From the NCBI GenBank assembly GCA_032718475.1, contig JAUCBJ010002979.1, positions 1-64,000 of the forward strand: a DNA stretch of 64,000 bases, in the 5' to 3' direction. The notes under the pieces are model-generated. The model had not been told where the DNA came from, made no database searches, and saw only the letters and a list, made by a program, of their open reading frames with translations. Shown here piece after piece: positions 13,601 through 26,092 of this stretch. The translations under genes and the position numbers were made by a program. This DNA is from Nemertoderma westbladi (Eukaryota; Animalia; Xenacoelomorpha). Every line of letters starts with the position of its first letter. The stretch's first letter is position 1.

Positions 13601-16600
13601 TCAGGGGGCTGTGGGAGGCATCGAGGTAGGTCGGGAAAGGATACGGCCTACAGGGGGCTGTGGGAGGCATCGAAAGGATACGGACTACAGGGGGGCTGTG
13701 GGAGGTATCGAGGTAGGTGGGGAAAGGATACGGCCTACAGGGGGCTGTGGGAGGCACCGAGGTAGGTCGTGAAAGGATACGGACTACAGGGGGGCTGTGG
13801 GAGGTATCGAGGTAGGTAGGGAAAGGATACGGCCTACAGGGGGCTGTGGGAGGCATCGAGGTAGGTCGGGAAAGGATACGGCCTACAGGGGGCTGTGGGA
13901 GGCATCAAAAGGATACGGACTACAGGGGGGCTGTGGGAGGTATCGAGGTAGGTCGGGAAATGATACGGCCTACAGGGGGGCTGTGGGAGGCATCGAGGTA
14001 GGTCGGGAAAAGATACGGCCTACAGTGGGGCTGTGGGAGGTATCGAGGTAGGTCGGGAAAGGATACGGCCTACAGGGGGGCTGTGGGAGGTATCGAGGTA
14101 GGTGGGGAAAGGATACGGCCTACAGGGGGGTTGTGGGAGGCATTGATGTAGGTGGGGAAAGGATACGGCCTACAGGGGGGCTGTGGGGGCATCGAGGTAG
14201 GTCGGGAAAGGATACGGCCTACAGGGGGGTTGTGGGAGGCATTGATGTAGGTGGGGAAAGGATACGGCCTACAGGGGGGCTGTGGGGGCATCGAGGTAGG
14301 TCGGGAAAGTATACGGCCTACAGGGGGGCTGTGGGAGGCATCGATGTAGGTCGGGAAAGGATACGGCCTACAGGGGGCTGTCGGAGGCATTGATGTAGGT
14401 GGGGAAAGGATACGGCCTACAGGGGGGCTGTGGGGGGCATCGAGGTAGGTCGGGAAAGTATACGGCCTACAGGGGGGCTGTGGGAGGCATCGATGTAGGT
14501 CGGGAAAGGATACGGCCTACAGGGGGCTCTGGGAAGCATCGAGGTAGGTGGGGAAAGGATACGGACTACAGGGGGGCTGTGGGAGGTATCGAGGTAGGTC
14601 GGGATAGGATACGGCCTACAGGGGGCTGTGGGAGGCATCGAGGTAGGTCGGGAAAGGATACGGACTACAGGGGGGCTGTGGGAGGTATCGAGGTAGGTGG
14701 GGAAAGGATACGGCCTCAGGGGGCTGTGGGAGGCATCGAGGTAGGCTGGGAAAGGATACGGCCTACAGGGGGGCTGTGGGGGGCATCGATGTAGGTGGGG
14801 AGAGGATACGGCCTACAGTGGGGATGTGGGAGGCATCGAGGTAGGTCGGGAAAGGATACGGCCTACAGGGGGGTTGTGGGAGGCATTGATGTAGGTGGGG
14901 AAAGGATACGGCCTACAGGGGGGCTGTGGGGGGCATCGAGGTAGGTCGGGAAAGTATACGGCCTACAGGGGGGCTGTGGGAGGCATCGATGTAGGTCGGG
15001 AAAGGATACGGCCTACAGGGGTCTCTGGGAAGCATCGAGGTAGGTGGGGAAAGGATACGGACTACAGGGGGGCTGTGGGAGGTATCGAGGTAGGTCGGGA
15101 AAGGATACGGCCTACAGGGGGCTGTGGGAGGCATCGAGGTAGGTCGGGAAAGGATACGGACTACAGGGGGGCTGTGGGAGGTATCGAGGTACGTGGGGAA
15201 AGGATACGGCCTCAGGGGGCTGTGGGAGGCATCGAGGTAGGTCGGGAAAGGATACGGCCTACAGGGGGCTGTGGGAGGCATCGAAAGGATACGGACTACA
15301 GGGGGGCTGTGGGAGGTATCGAGGTAGGTGGGGAAAGGATACGGCCTACAGGGGGCTGTGGGAGGCACCGAGGTAGGTCGTGAAAGGATACGGACTACAG
15401 GGGGGCTGTGGGAGGTATCGAGGTAGGTAGGGAAAGGATACGGCCTACAGGGGGCTGTGGGAGGCATCGAGGTAGGTCGGGAAAGGATACGGCCTACAGG
15501 GGGCTGTGGGAGGCATCAAAAGGATACGGACTACAGGGGGGCTGTGGGAGGTATCGAGGTAGGTCGGGAAATGATACGGCCTACAGGGGGGCTGTGGGAG
15601 GCATCGAGGTAGGTCGGGAAAAGATACGGCCTACAGTGGGGCTGTGGGAGGTATCGAGGTAGGTCGGGAAAGGATACGGCCTACAGGGGGGCTGTGGGAG
15701 GTATCGAGGTAGGTGGGGAAAGGATACGGCCTACAGGGGGGTTGTGGGAGGCATCGAGGTAGGTCGGGAAAGGATGCGGCCTACAGGGGGCTGTGGGAGG
15801 CATCGAGGTAGGTCGTGAAAGGATACGGCCTACAGGGGGCTGTGGGAAGCATCGAGGTAGGTGGGGAAAGGATACGGCCTACAGGGGGGCTGTGGGAGGC
15901 ATCGAGGTAGGTCGGGAAAGGATACGACCTACAGGGGGCCTGTGGGAGGCATCGAGGTAGGTCGGGAAAGGATGCGGCCTACAGGGGGCTGTGGAAGGCA
16001 TCGAGGTAGGTCGGGAAAGGATACGGCCTACAGGGGGGCTGTGGGAGGCATCGAGGTAGGTCGGGAAAGGATACGGCCTACAGGGGGCTGTGGGAGGCAT
16101 CGAGGTAGGTGGGGAAAGGATACGGCCTACAGGGGGGCTGTGGGAGGCATCGAGGTAGGTCGGGAAAGGATACGGCCTACAGGGGGCCTGTGGGAGGCAT
16201 CGAGGTAGGTGGGGAAAGGATACGGCCTACAGGGGGGCTGTGGAAGGCATCGAGGTAGGTCGGGAAAGGATACGGCCTACAGGGGCTGTGGGAGGCATCG
16301 AGGTAGGTGGGGAAAGGATACGGCCTACAGGGGGCTGTGGGAGGCATCGAGGTAGGTCGGGAAAGGATACGGCCTACAGAGGGCTGTGGGAGGCATCGAG
16401 GTATGCCGGGAAAGGATACGGTCTACAGGGGGCTGTGGGAGGCATCGAGGTAGGTCGCGAAAGGATACGGACTACAGGGGGGCTGTGGGAGGTATCGAGG
16501 TAGGTGGGGAAAGGATACGGCCTACAGGGGGCTGTGGGAGGCATCGAGGTAGGTCGGGAAAGGATACGGCCTACAGGGGGCTGTGGGAGGCATCGAGGTA

Positions 16601-17501
16601 GGCTGGGAAAGGATACGGCCTACAGGGGGCTGTGGGAGGCATCGAGGTAGGTCGAGAAAGGATACGGACTACAGGGGGGCTGTGGGAGGTATCGAGGTAG
16701 GTGGGGAAAGGATACGGCCTACAGGGGGCTGTGGGAGGCACCGAGGTAGGTCGTGAAAGGATACGGACTACAGGGGGGCTGTGGGAGGCATCGAGGTAGG
16801 TGGAGAAAGGATACGGCCTACAGGGGGCTGTGGGAGGCATCGAGGTAGGTCGGGAAAGGATGCGGCCTACAGGGGGCTGTGGAAGGCATCGAGGTAGGTC
16901 GTGAAAGGATACGGCCTACAGGGGGCTGTGGGAAGCATCGAGGTAGGTGGGGAAAGGATACGGCCTACAGGGGGGCTGTGGGAGGCATCGAGGTAGGTCG
17001 GGAAAGGATACGACCTACAGGGGGCCTGTGGGAGGCATCGAGGTAGGTCGGGAAAGGATGCGGCCTACAGGGGGCTGTGGAAGGCATCGAGGTAGGTCGG
17101 GAAAGGATACGGCCTACAGGGGCTGTGGGAGGCATCGAGGTAGGTGGGGAAAGGATACGGCCTACAGGGGGCTGTGGGAGGCATCGAGGTAGGCCGGGAA
17201 AGGATACGGCCTACAGGGGGCTGTGGGAGGCATCGAGGTAGGCCGGGAAAGGATACGGCCTACAGGGGGCTGTGGGAGGCATCGAGGTAGGTGGGGAAAG
17301 GATACGGCCTACAGGGGGGCTGTGGGAGGCATCGAGGTAGGCCGGGAAACGATACGGCCTACAGGGGGCTGTGGGAGGCATCGAGGTAGGTCGGGAAAGG
17401 ATGCGGCCTACAGGGGGCTGTGGGAGGCATCGAGGTAGGTGGGGAAAGGATACGGTCTACAGAGGGCTGTGGGAGGCATCGAGGTAGGTCGGGAAAGGAT
17501 A
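10586..17501 (+). repeat. G-rich 49/50-bp minisatellite, about 140 copies, with 1611-bp higher-order repeat
   Basis: Unit AAAGGATACGGCCTACAGGGGGGCTGTGGGAGGCATCGAGGTAGGTCGGG. Near-identical spurious ORFs recur at 11177, 12788 and 14399 (period 1611). Confidence 0.97.
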
Positions 17502-17800
17502 GTAAGTCACACAGTCAGGGTTAACAAACTAGGAGTATTCTTTGTAAATCGATCCGTAATACAGTCCGCATTTCTGGGCTCGGGTTAATAGGTATTGTAG
17601 TGGCGTTATTGTAATATTATTTCCTTCATTACTTCGTAAATGTTAATATGATAGTTAAAATATTTTAACTTTAAAAATATTTATTGTACTGCCAATAAAC
17701 TAGGTTGCCGAATAATAAAAAAAACACATTTCATTCAAATTAAAATCTTAGAATATCCGTCTTTACGGCCTAAATTAATTAAGTATCCGTCCCCTAGGTA

Positions 17801-20366
17801 TTATATTAAATACCATTAATTAATTAATACAATTTATATTAAATACCATTAATTAATTAATACAATTTATATTAAATACCATTAATTAATTAATACAATT
17901 TATATTAAATACCATTAATTAATTAATTCAATTTATATTAAATACCATTAATTAATTAATACAATTTATATTAAATACCATTAATTAATTAATACAATTT
18001 ATATTAAATACCATTAATTAATTAATACAATTTATATTAAATAGCATTAATTAATTAATACAATTTATATTAAATAGCATTAATTAATTAATTCAATTTA
18101 TATTAAATACCATTAATTAATTAATACAATTTATATTAAATACCATTAATTAATTAATACAATTTATATTAAATACCATTAATTAATTAATACAATTTAT
18201 ATTAAATACCATTAATTAATTAATACAATTTATATTAAATACCATTAATTAATTAATACAATTTATATTAAATAGCATTAATTAATTAATTCAATTTATA
18301 TTAAATACCATTAATTAATTAATACAATTTATATTAAATACCATTAATTAATTAATACAATTTATATTAAATACCATTAATTAATTAATTCAATTTATAT
18401 TAAATACCATTAATTAATTAATACAATTTATATTAAATACCATTAATTAATTAATACAATTTATATTAAATACCATTAATTAATTAATACAATTTATATT
18501 AAATAGCATTAATTAATTAATTCAATTTATATTAAATACCATTAATTAATTAATACAATTTATATTAAATACCATTAATTAATTAATACAATTTATATTA
18601 AATACCATTAATTAATTAATTCAATTTATATTAAATACCATTAATTAATTAATACAATTTATATTAAATACCATTAATTAATTAATACAATTTATATTAA
18701 ATACCATTAATTAATTAATACAATTTATATTAAATAGCATTAATTAATTAATTCAATTTATATTAAATACCATTAATTAATTAATACAATTTATATTAAA
18801 TACCATTAATTAATTAATACAATTTATATTAAATAGCATTAATTAATTAATACAATTTATATTAAATAGCATTAATTAATTAATACAATTTATATTAAAT
18901 ACCATTAATTAATTAATACAATTTATATTAAATAGCATTAATTAATTAATTCGATTTATATTAAATACCATTAATTAATTAATACAATTTATATTAAATA
19001 CCATTAATTAATTAATTCAATTTATATTAAATACCATTAATTAATTAATACAATTTATATTAAATACCATTAATTAATTAATACAATTTATATTAAATAG
19101 CATTAATTAATTAATACAATTTATATTAAATAGCATTAATTAATTAATTCAATTTATATTAAATACCATTAATTAATTAATACAATTTATATTAAATACC
19201 ATTAATTAATTAATACAATTTATATTAAATACCATTAATTAATTAATACAATTTATATTAAATAGCATTAATTAATTAATACAATTTATATTAAATACCA
19301 TTAATTAATTAATACAATTTATATTAAATACCATTAATTAATTAATACAATTTATATTAAATAGCATTAATTAATTAATACAATTTATATTAAATACCAT
19401 TAATTAATTAATACAATTTATATTAAATACCATTAATTAATTAATACAATTTATATTAAATACCATTAATTAATTAATACAATTTATATTAAATACCATT
19501 AATTAATTAATACAATTTATATTAAATACCATTAATTAATTAATACAATTTATATTAAATACCATTAATTAATTAATACAATTTATATTAAATAGCATTA
19601 ATTAATTAATACAATTTATATTAAATACCATTAATTAATTAATACAATTTATATTAAATACCATTAATTAATTAATACAATTTATATTAAATAGCATTAA
19701 TTAATTAATACAATTTATATTAAATACCATTAATTAATTAATACAATTTATATTAAATACCATTAATTAATTAATACAATTTATATTAAATACCATTAAT
19801 TAATTAATACAATTTATATTAAATACCATTAATTAATTAATACAATTTATATTAAATAGCATTAATTAATTAATACAATTTATATTAAATACCATTAATT
19901 AATTAATACAATTTATATTAAATAGCATTAATTAATTAATACAATTTATATTAAATACCATTAATTAATTAATACAATTTATATTAAATACCATTAATTA
20001 ATTAATACAATTTATATTAAATACCATTAATTAATTAATACAATTTATATTAAATAGCATTAATTAATTAATACAATTTATATTAAATAGCATTAATTAA
20101 TTAATTCAATTTATATTAAATACCATTAATTAATTAATACAATTTATATTAAATACCATTAATTAATTAATACAATTTATATTAAATACCATTAATTAAT
20201 TAATACAATTTATATTAAATAGCATTAATTAATTAATACAATTTATATTAAATACCATTAATTAATTAATACAATTTATATTAAATACCATTAATTAATT
20301 AATACAATTTATATTAAATACCATTAATTAATTAATACAATTTATATTAAATACCATTAATTAATT
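17801..20366. repeat. Very AT-rich 33-bp minisatellite, about 78 copies
   Basis: Unit TTATATTAAATACCATTAATTAATTAATACAAT, containing the palindrome ATTAATTAATTAAT; variants TAGC/TACC and TTCA/TACA. Confidence 0.97.
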
Positions 20367-20589
20367 GAATAATTTAGTCATGGATTTCCATGATTACAAG
20401 CCATATCAGCAAATATTCCAGAACATTTTTAAACAAACTGGTGGGTAGGCCATGCTGGTACCACCGGCCACATATCGGCCACATGTATCATTTACAACGC
20501 CTTTGTTTTTACCTTGCGTAGGCCTGCTGCCGTTATGTATTTATTCGTGTTTAATTTCCCATATATTATTCTACTTATTCCTCGCCATG

Positions 20590-21060
20590 AATTCATCTTT
20601 GGGCACAAGTAAAGCAAAATGGTCCCTACTTCGCCCTGTCTACACCACCTGCCATTTTTTTCACCAATCCTTTTTTAGTGTTTTTTTTTATGCTTTTTTG
20701 GTAGTGGTCAATGTTCTAGAAAATTAGTATATATGTTTTTTTTATGGTAGCTAGTGTTTTTTTACTAGCTAGTATTTATTGAAATTATAAAAAATGCGAC
20801 GTTGCTATTTTAGGTTTAAACTACAACAGGTTAACCAACAGTTTACAGTTTATATTCGTTTTTTTTAATTTTCAAAAAAATACAAGCTACCATTAAAAAA
20901 ATATCTACGAATTTTCTAGAACATTCACCAATACCAAAAAAAACCTTAAAAAACACTAATAAATTTATTTGTAATATTAATATATTATTATATTATAATA
21001 TATTGTAATAAATTAAACTAATTTTGGGACTCTTTTATTTGACAAGTGCCCATCTTTGGC
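20590..21060. mobile_element. Degenerate palindromic (MITE-like) element
   Basis: Inverted arms: GGGCAC...GGTCCC / GGGAC...GTGCCC, and TTGGTAGTGGTCAATGTTCTAGAAAATT / AATTTTCTAGAACATTCACCAATACCAA. Ends approximate. Confidence 0.5.
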
Positions 21061-21200
21061 TTATAACATATCAGGCAAATGACATCCCTGCCATTTATAA
21101 AACTCGTTATGTTATTGATTAACGTTCAACACTGTTAATTATCTAATTAATTAATTACCATAATACTAGCTAGTTAAACGATTCTTGGGCAAAGTTGCTA

Positions 21201-21476
21201 TTGGGCGGGCAACACACTCCAGCACCTATGCGACATGGGTACCTTATTGGGCGGGCAACACACTCCAGCACCTATGCGACATGGGTACCTTATTAGGCGG
21301 GCAACACACTCCAGCACCTATGCGACATGGGTACCTTATTGGGCGGGCAACACACTCCAGCACCTAGGCGACATGGGTACCTTATTGGGCGGACAACACA
21401 CTCCAGCACCTATGCGACATGGGTACCTTATTGGGCGGACAACACACTCCAGCACCTATGCGACATGGGTACCTTA
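21201..21476. repeat. 46-bp tandem repeat, 6 copies
   Basis: Unit TTGGGCGGGCAACACACTCCAGCACCTATGCGACATGGGTACCTTA. Confidence 0.95.
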
Positions 21477-22128
21477 ATTTACCTACATTTTCATTTTTTT
21501 TTTAAACCTGTGTATTTTATGTAAAACGGTATGCATGTACATTTATTAATCATATATGTTACATTTGCATAAATATACCACAATATACTGTTTATTAATT
21601 CTACACATTAATTGTTATCTTTGTAATCAGTTGGGTATGTTTTCTTTATGAGCTCGAGTAGTTCTTTAAATGGTGTTTGTTTATGCATCAACCGCCAGCG
21701 AATTCAGCTAGGTTTTGCTTCAACGTGTTCTAGAACGTAAATGTACAATAAAGGTTCTAAAACAAATGTAACTGATATAGCAACAATCTGAATAAGGCAA
21801 AAAAAAATCAAATTGAGGTATCCATGTCGTAGAAGTGCCCCCCCCCCCCCCCCCCCCCCACCCACTGTCACTAAACAATAACTGGAATTGAAAAGAGTAA
21901 AAGAAAAGACGGAAGTAATTCATTCATGGACATAATAAAAGAAATAAAAACAACCTACCCTGTTGATTAAATCAAATACTGTTTAGTAAAAACAACCTAC
22001 CGTGTTGATTAAATCAAATACTGTTTAAATACTGAAATATGTATGAAAATGTTGAATGTAATATCATTTAATTAATATAAAATATAAAAATAAATAAAAA
22101 TATTTTCCACTTTTAAAAAATGGGCTAG

Positions 22129-22720
22129 AGTTCCGTATAGAACTGCCATGAATGTCATTGTTACTATGGCAACGTTGAATAGTTCTATAACAATAGAACA
22201 AGTAATATATACTATTCTAGAACATAAATAAATTAAAAAATATTATGTTCTAGAACATATAGCTAGTAAATAAAATATATTTTTTTTTTAGATTTTAAAA
22301 TAGCAATTTTCCCTTACGTATCTGACGTCTCCACAAGTATTCGGTAAGTTCTTCAGATAATTTCTCTTGATAGGCTTTACACTCCTTGCACCATGCTCTT
22401 GCGTCATAAATTTTTCTAATTTTTAGCCTTTACATTTCTTTTAATCGCTGTGAGTTGACCTGTGTGTATTTCGCAACCCCTTTGATATTCTGGACTCTTT
22501 CATATTGCCTGCTGTTTATTTACCGACTGCTGTTATACTGGTACATTAAAAAAAATATGTTAAATGTAAAAAATTACTAGATACTATCTAGAACAATAAT
22601 TTTTTTATTTTATTTTTGTTCTAGAATAGTGTATATTATATATTTTTTGTTCTAGAACTCTTCACTGTGGCCATGGTAACAATGATTTATGTTATAAAAA
22701 ATGCAGTTCCATACGGAACT
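22129..22720. mobile_element. Inverted-repeat element with X-box-like and TTCTAGAA motifs in its arms
   Basis: AGTTCCGTATAGAACTGC ... GCAGTTCCATACGGAACT termini; about 160-bp imperfect inverted arms. Confidence 0.6.
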
Positions 22721-23932
22721 GTTACCAAAAAATGTTCTAGAACAAAATAAAACTTGTTCTAGATCATTACACAAACACTGAAAGGTAACAGCTTGATACT
22801 GAAAGGTATCATCAATAGATTGAAAGGTAACAAGTTTTTACATTTTGGTATAAAATTAAAATTGGGGACGGGCTGATCTCTATCCTAATTTTTATGGTGT
22901 ATCGGTAGCCAATATTTTATTTTTAGCTAGTTGTAAAAAAAATTTAATATATAATACATCAGAATTTATAAAATTAAAAATAATTTTGTAAATGTTTTAG
23001 AGTTATAGTTATAGAACAAAATTTAATTATTAAATATATATAAAAAATCTAAAATGTCGTAAAACATTTTAAAATAATAACTAACAGAAACTATATTTTA
23101 AAATATAGTTTTTATTGTTCGAGAACAACATTTATTTCTTCTATGAATAGATATTATGTTCTAGAACATTTTCAAAGAACCTAGTAACAAAAACAAGCAA
23201 CTACATTAGTATACAAATTTGGAGAGGTGTGTACAAAAAATCACAGTAGTGCCTTCATAGCAAAGCAATAATTACATTAAAAACACTCATAAAAATAGAC
23301 AAATACCTACCAAAATTAAATTTTTTTGTTCTTCAAAAACACTAGGAAGCTACCGGCACCAATTAAAAATTACCAGATGCATAATAGTTGATGTCCTAAT
23401 ATACATACAGTAGTATCAAAAGTATACAAAAAGGTCTGGGTAATTAATATTTTGAGTAATACTGAAAACTATTCCCAAAAGTAATTATTCCAATAATTAT
23501 TTTTATAATAAAGATAAATATCGACCATATTCTAGAACATTTTAAAATAAGTATCAAAATATAGTAAGCATAAAATATTATTAGGATTATTGTTCAGAGA
23601 TTTGTCAATGCCTACAGTATTTCAGTGTAAGCCTACGCGTACTGAGAGTGTAAGCTTATGTGTGTACTGACTGAGAGTGAACCTTTTTTATTACGTTACT
23701 AAATCTTCAATTATTGGGTGATTATAGTGCCTGTTAAACAACATTACAACGCGTTTATAGTATTTGTGGGTCATCTACTGGTACTGGAAGAATATTATAA
23801 ATATTAATAATAATAGAGACGCATTTTTTAAAACTTTCAATTAACTTCACGTCGCAAAAGCGACCGTAACGAGAGCAACAATAACTAAAGACCGAACGGG
23901 TTTGAATAGAACGTATCTATTGTAGTAGAAAC

Positions 23933-25285
23933 ATGGAGAAAAATGAGAATCGTAATAAACATACGAGACGAAGGAAAAAACCTCAACGCGACAAACGGAA
24001 GGAATACCACTTCGAAGACGTAGTGAAACTCATCGTACCGATAACCATATCAATGACATTGTCTATCTTAATTTCTAAGATAGTCAACACAGCTGCCGAT
24101 AGTACATTGTTCGGCGGCAATAAATCCCGTCCTACCAAAGTCACTGGTACAGATTCTGATCCGACCGAACCCAACGACCTCCCCATGTGGGTCTCGATCG
24201 CAGCTTGTGTCGGCGTAATTGTCATTGTGAGTCTAGTGACATTCTTTATTGTCTGTCTATATGCATGGGGTTGCTTGAAAACTCTAAAGGGAATTATAGG
24301 TTTAGAAGTGGCATTATTGCTCACATACCTTCTCATGTTCACTGCTCGCGAAGTTCTGTACAATTTGGGTTTGCCATTTGATTACATCACCTACGCGATA
24401 ATTAGTTGGAATTTCACTGTCGTTGGATTAACTTCGATGTACTATGTAAGTCCGCTACTGCTCCAACAATTCTACCTTATTTGTATCAGCGCGTTCCTCA
24501 GCAATTCTCTCGTATTCATTCTACTGTTGTGGTTTGGGTATCTCCTAATTATTTTCATTTTCCTTGGGGCTTTCTGTGTCTACGATATGGCATCAGTATT
24601 AATTCCGATGGGTCCGCTGAATCTTTTAGTTCGGGTGATGGAAGGCAACGTTCTGCGAGACGCCCCCTTCCGGCCGCTTATATACTCGACCGTTGCGACT
24701 GTTTATCTTCCATCCAAAACGGAACCGTGTCAGATTCCCGTTGCCAATAAACTCACGTCGCCCAGGACATCCAAGGCGGACCTACTCCGAGTAAGAAGCG
24801 TTCCACTAGTCAATAATAAAAGAAAATCCAAAACGGAATTGGGAAGTCAAGTTCAGTTTGTTGTAGGAATAAAATCTAATGAGAGTAAAGTGACGATTGG
24901 AAATAAAGTCGTTGAGAAGGAAGAAAACACCATTGGTGTGTTGGACAGAGAATTGCCTTTTACGAATTTAACAGAATCGGAAAAGTTTAGGTCAAGTTTA
25001 ACAGAAGGAGGAGATGGTCCGAGGTTGGGACTCGGCGACTTTATATTTTACAACATTCTTATGATTTTGGCTGCCGCGAACGAGTCTGCTATTACTACAG
25101 TGTTTGCCTGCTATCTCTCTATCATTGTTGGATTGCTCGGCACTCTTTTCTTACTTCTGCTCACAAAGAAGGCCCTACCAGCTCTTCCGCTCTCCTTGGC
25201 TATTGGCATGTTCATATACTTTCTATCTGTTTACTGTGTCGCTCCATTTATTTCTACACTCTCTTACAACTTCATTTTTATATAA
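23933..25285 (+). CDS. PSEN: Presenilin-family intramembrane aspartyl protease, single exon, divergent (probable retrogene), nested in a CCDC83 intron
   Basis: 450-aa uninterrupted ORF with multiple hydrophobic segments, TM6 YD motif (CVYDMASVLIPMGPL), PLIYS, TM7 GxGD (RLGLGDFIFY), PAL motif (KKALPALPLSL) and hydrophobic C-terminus FIFI. AATAAA at 25326. Confidence 0.93.
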   Translation: MEKNENRNKHTRRRKKPQRDKRKEYHFEDVVKLIVPITISMTLSILISKIVNTAADSTLFGGNKSRPTKVTGTDSDPTEPNDLPMWVSIAACVGVIVIVSLVTFFIVCLYAWGCLKTLKGIIGLEVALLLTYLLMFTAREVLYNLGLPFDYITYAIISWNFTVVGLTSMYYVSPLLLQQFYLICISAFLSNSLVFILLLWFGYLLIIFIFLGAFCVYDMASVLIPMGPLNLLVRVMEGNVLRDAPFRPLIYSTVATVYLPSKTEPCQIPVANKLTSPRTSKADLLRVRSVPLVNNKRKSKTELGSQVQFVVGIKSNESKVTIGNKVVEKEENTIGVLDRELPFTNLTESEKFRSSLTEGGDGPRLGLGDFIFYNILMILAAANESAITTVFACYLSIIVGLLGTLFLLLLTKKALPALPLSLAIGMFIYFLSVYCVAPFISTLSYNFIFI

Positions 25286-25409
25286 ATTAACTAAATAACT
25301 TAAATATAAATGTTTGTAATGAATTAATAAAACCTCTGCTACTATGGCAACTTTTAATTAGAATCAATCAAGGATTAGGCCTACTCGTCACTGTGTTCGA
25401 GTAAACATA

Positions 25410-26092
25410 CATCGTCCATTCCACTAGGATGCATTGTCCACACCACTATAATGCATCGTCCACACCACTATGATGCATCGTCCATATCACTATGCTATGA
25501 TCCTTCGTCTACACCACTATGATCCATCGTCCATACCACTATGATGCATCGTCCATACCACTATGCTATGATCCATCGTCCACACCACTAGGATACATCG
25601 TCCACACAACTAGGATGCATCGTCTACACCACTATGATGCATAGTCCATATTACTATGCTATGATCCTTCGTCTACACCACTATGATCCATCGTCCATAC
25701 CACTATGATGCATCGTCCACACCACTAGGATACATCGTCCACACCACTAGGATACATCGTCCACACAACTAGGATGCATCGTCTACACCACTATGATCCA
25801 TCGTCCATACCACTATGATGCATCGTCCATACCACTATGCTATGATCCATCGTCCACACCACTAGGATACATCGTCCACACCACTCACTATGATGCATCG
25901 TCCACACCACTATGATGCATCGTCCATATTACTATGCTATGATCCTTCGTCTACACCACTATGATCCATCGTCCATACCACTATGATGCATCGTCCACAC
26001 CACTAGGATACATCGTCCACACCACTATGTTGCATCGTCCAGTCCATTAGGATGCATCGTTCACACCACTATGATGCATCGTCCACACCACT
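25410..26092. repeat. Degenerate approximately 22/27-bp tandem repeat
   Basis: Units such as CACTATGATGCATCGTCCACAC, with CTATG insertions, just downstream of the presenilin poly(A) signal. Confidence 0.9.

Noticed and set aside
11177-17438. Many Gly/Arg-rich and Pro-rich ORFs
   Set aside because: Translations of the 49/50-bp repeat with constant frameshifts from variable G-runs.
17752-17803. Possible mini-exon ending CCTAG|GTATTA just before the AT-rich array
   Set aside because: 46 bp with a stop in the required phase-0 frame; cannot be fitted into CCDC83.
23983-24363. Antisense ORFs overlapping presenilin, the large minus-strand exon and the LINE fragments
   Set aside because: Shadow ORFs opposite real coding sequence with no independent features.
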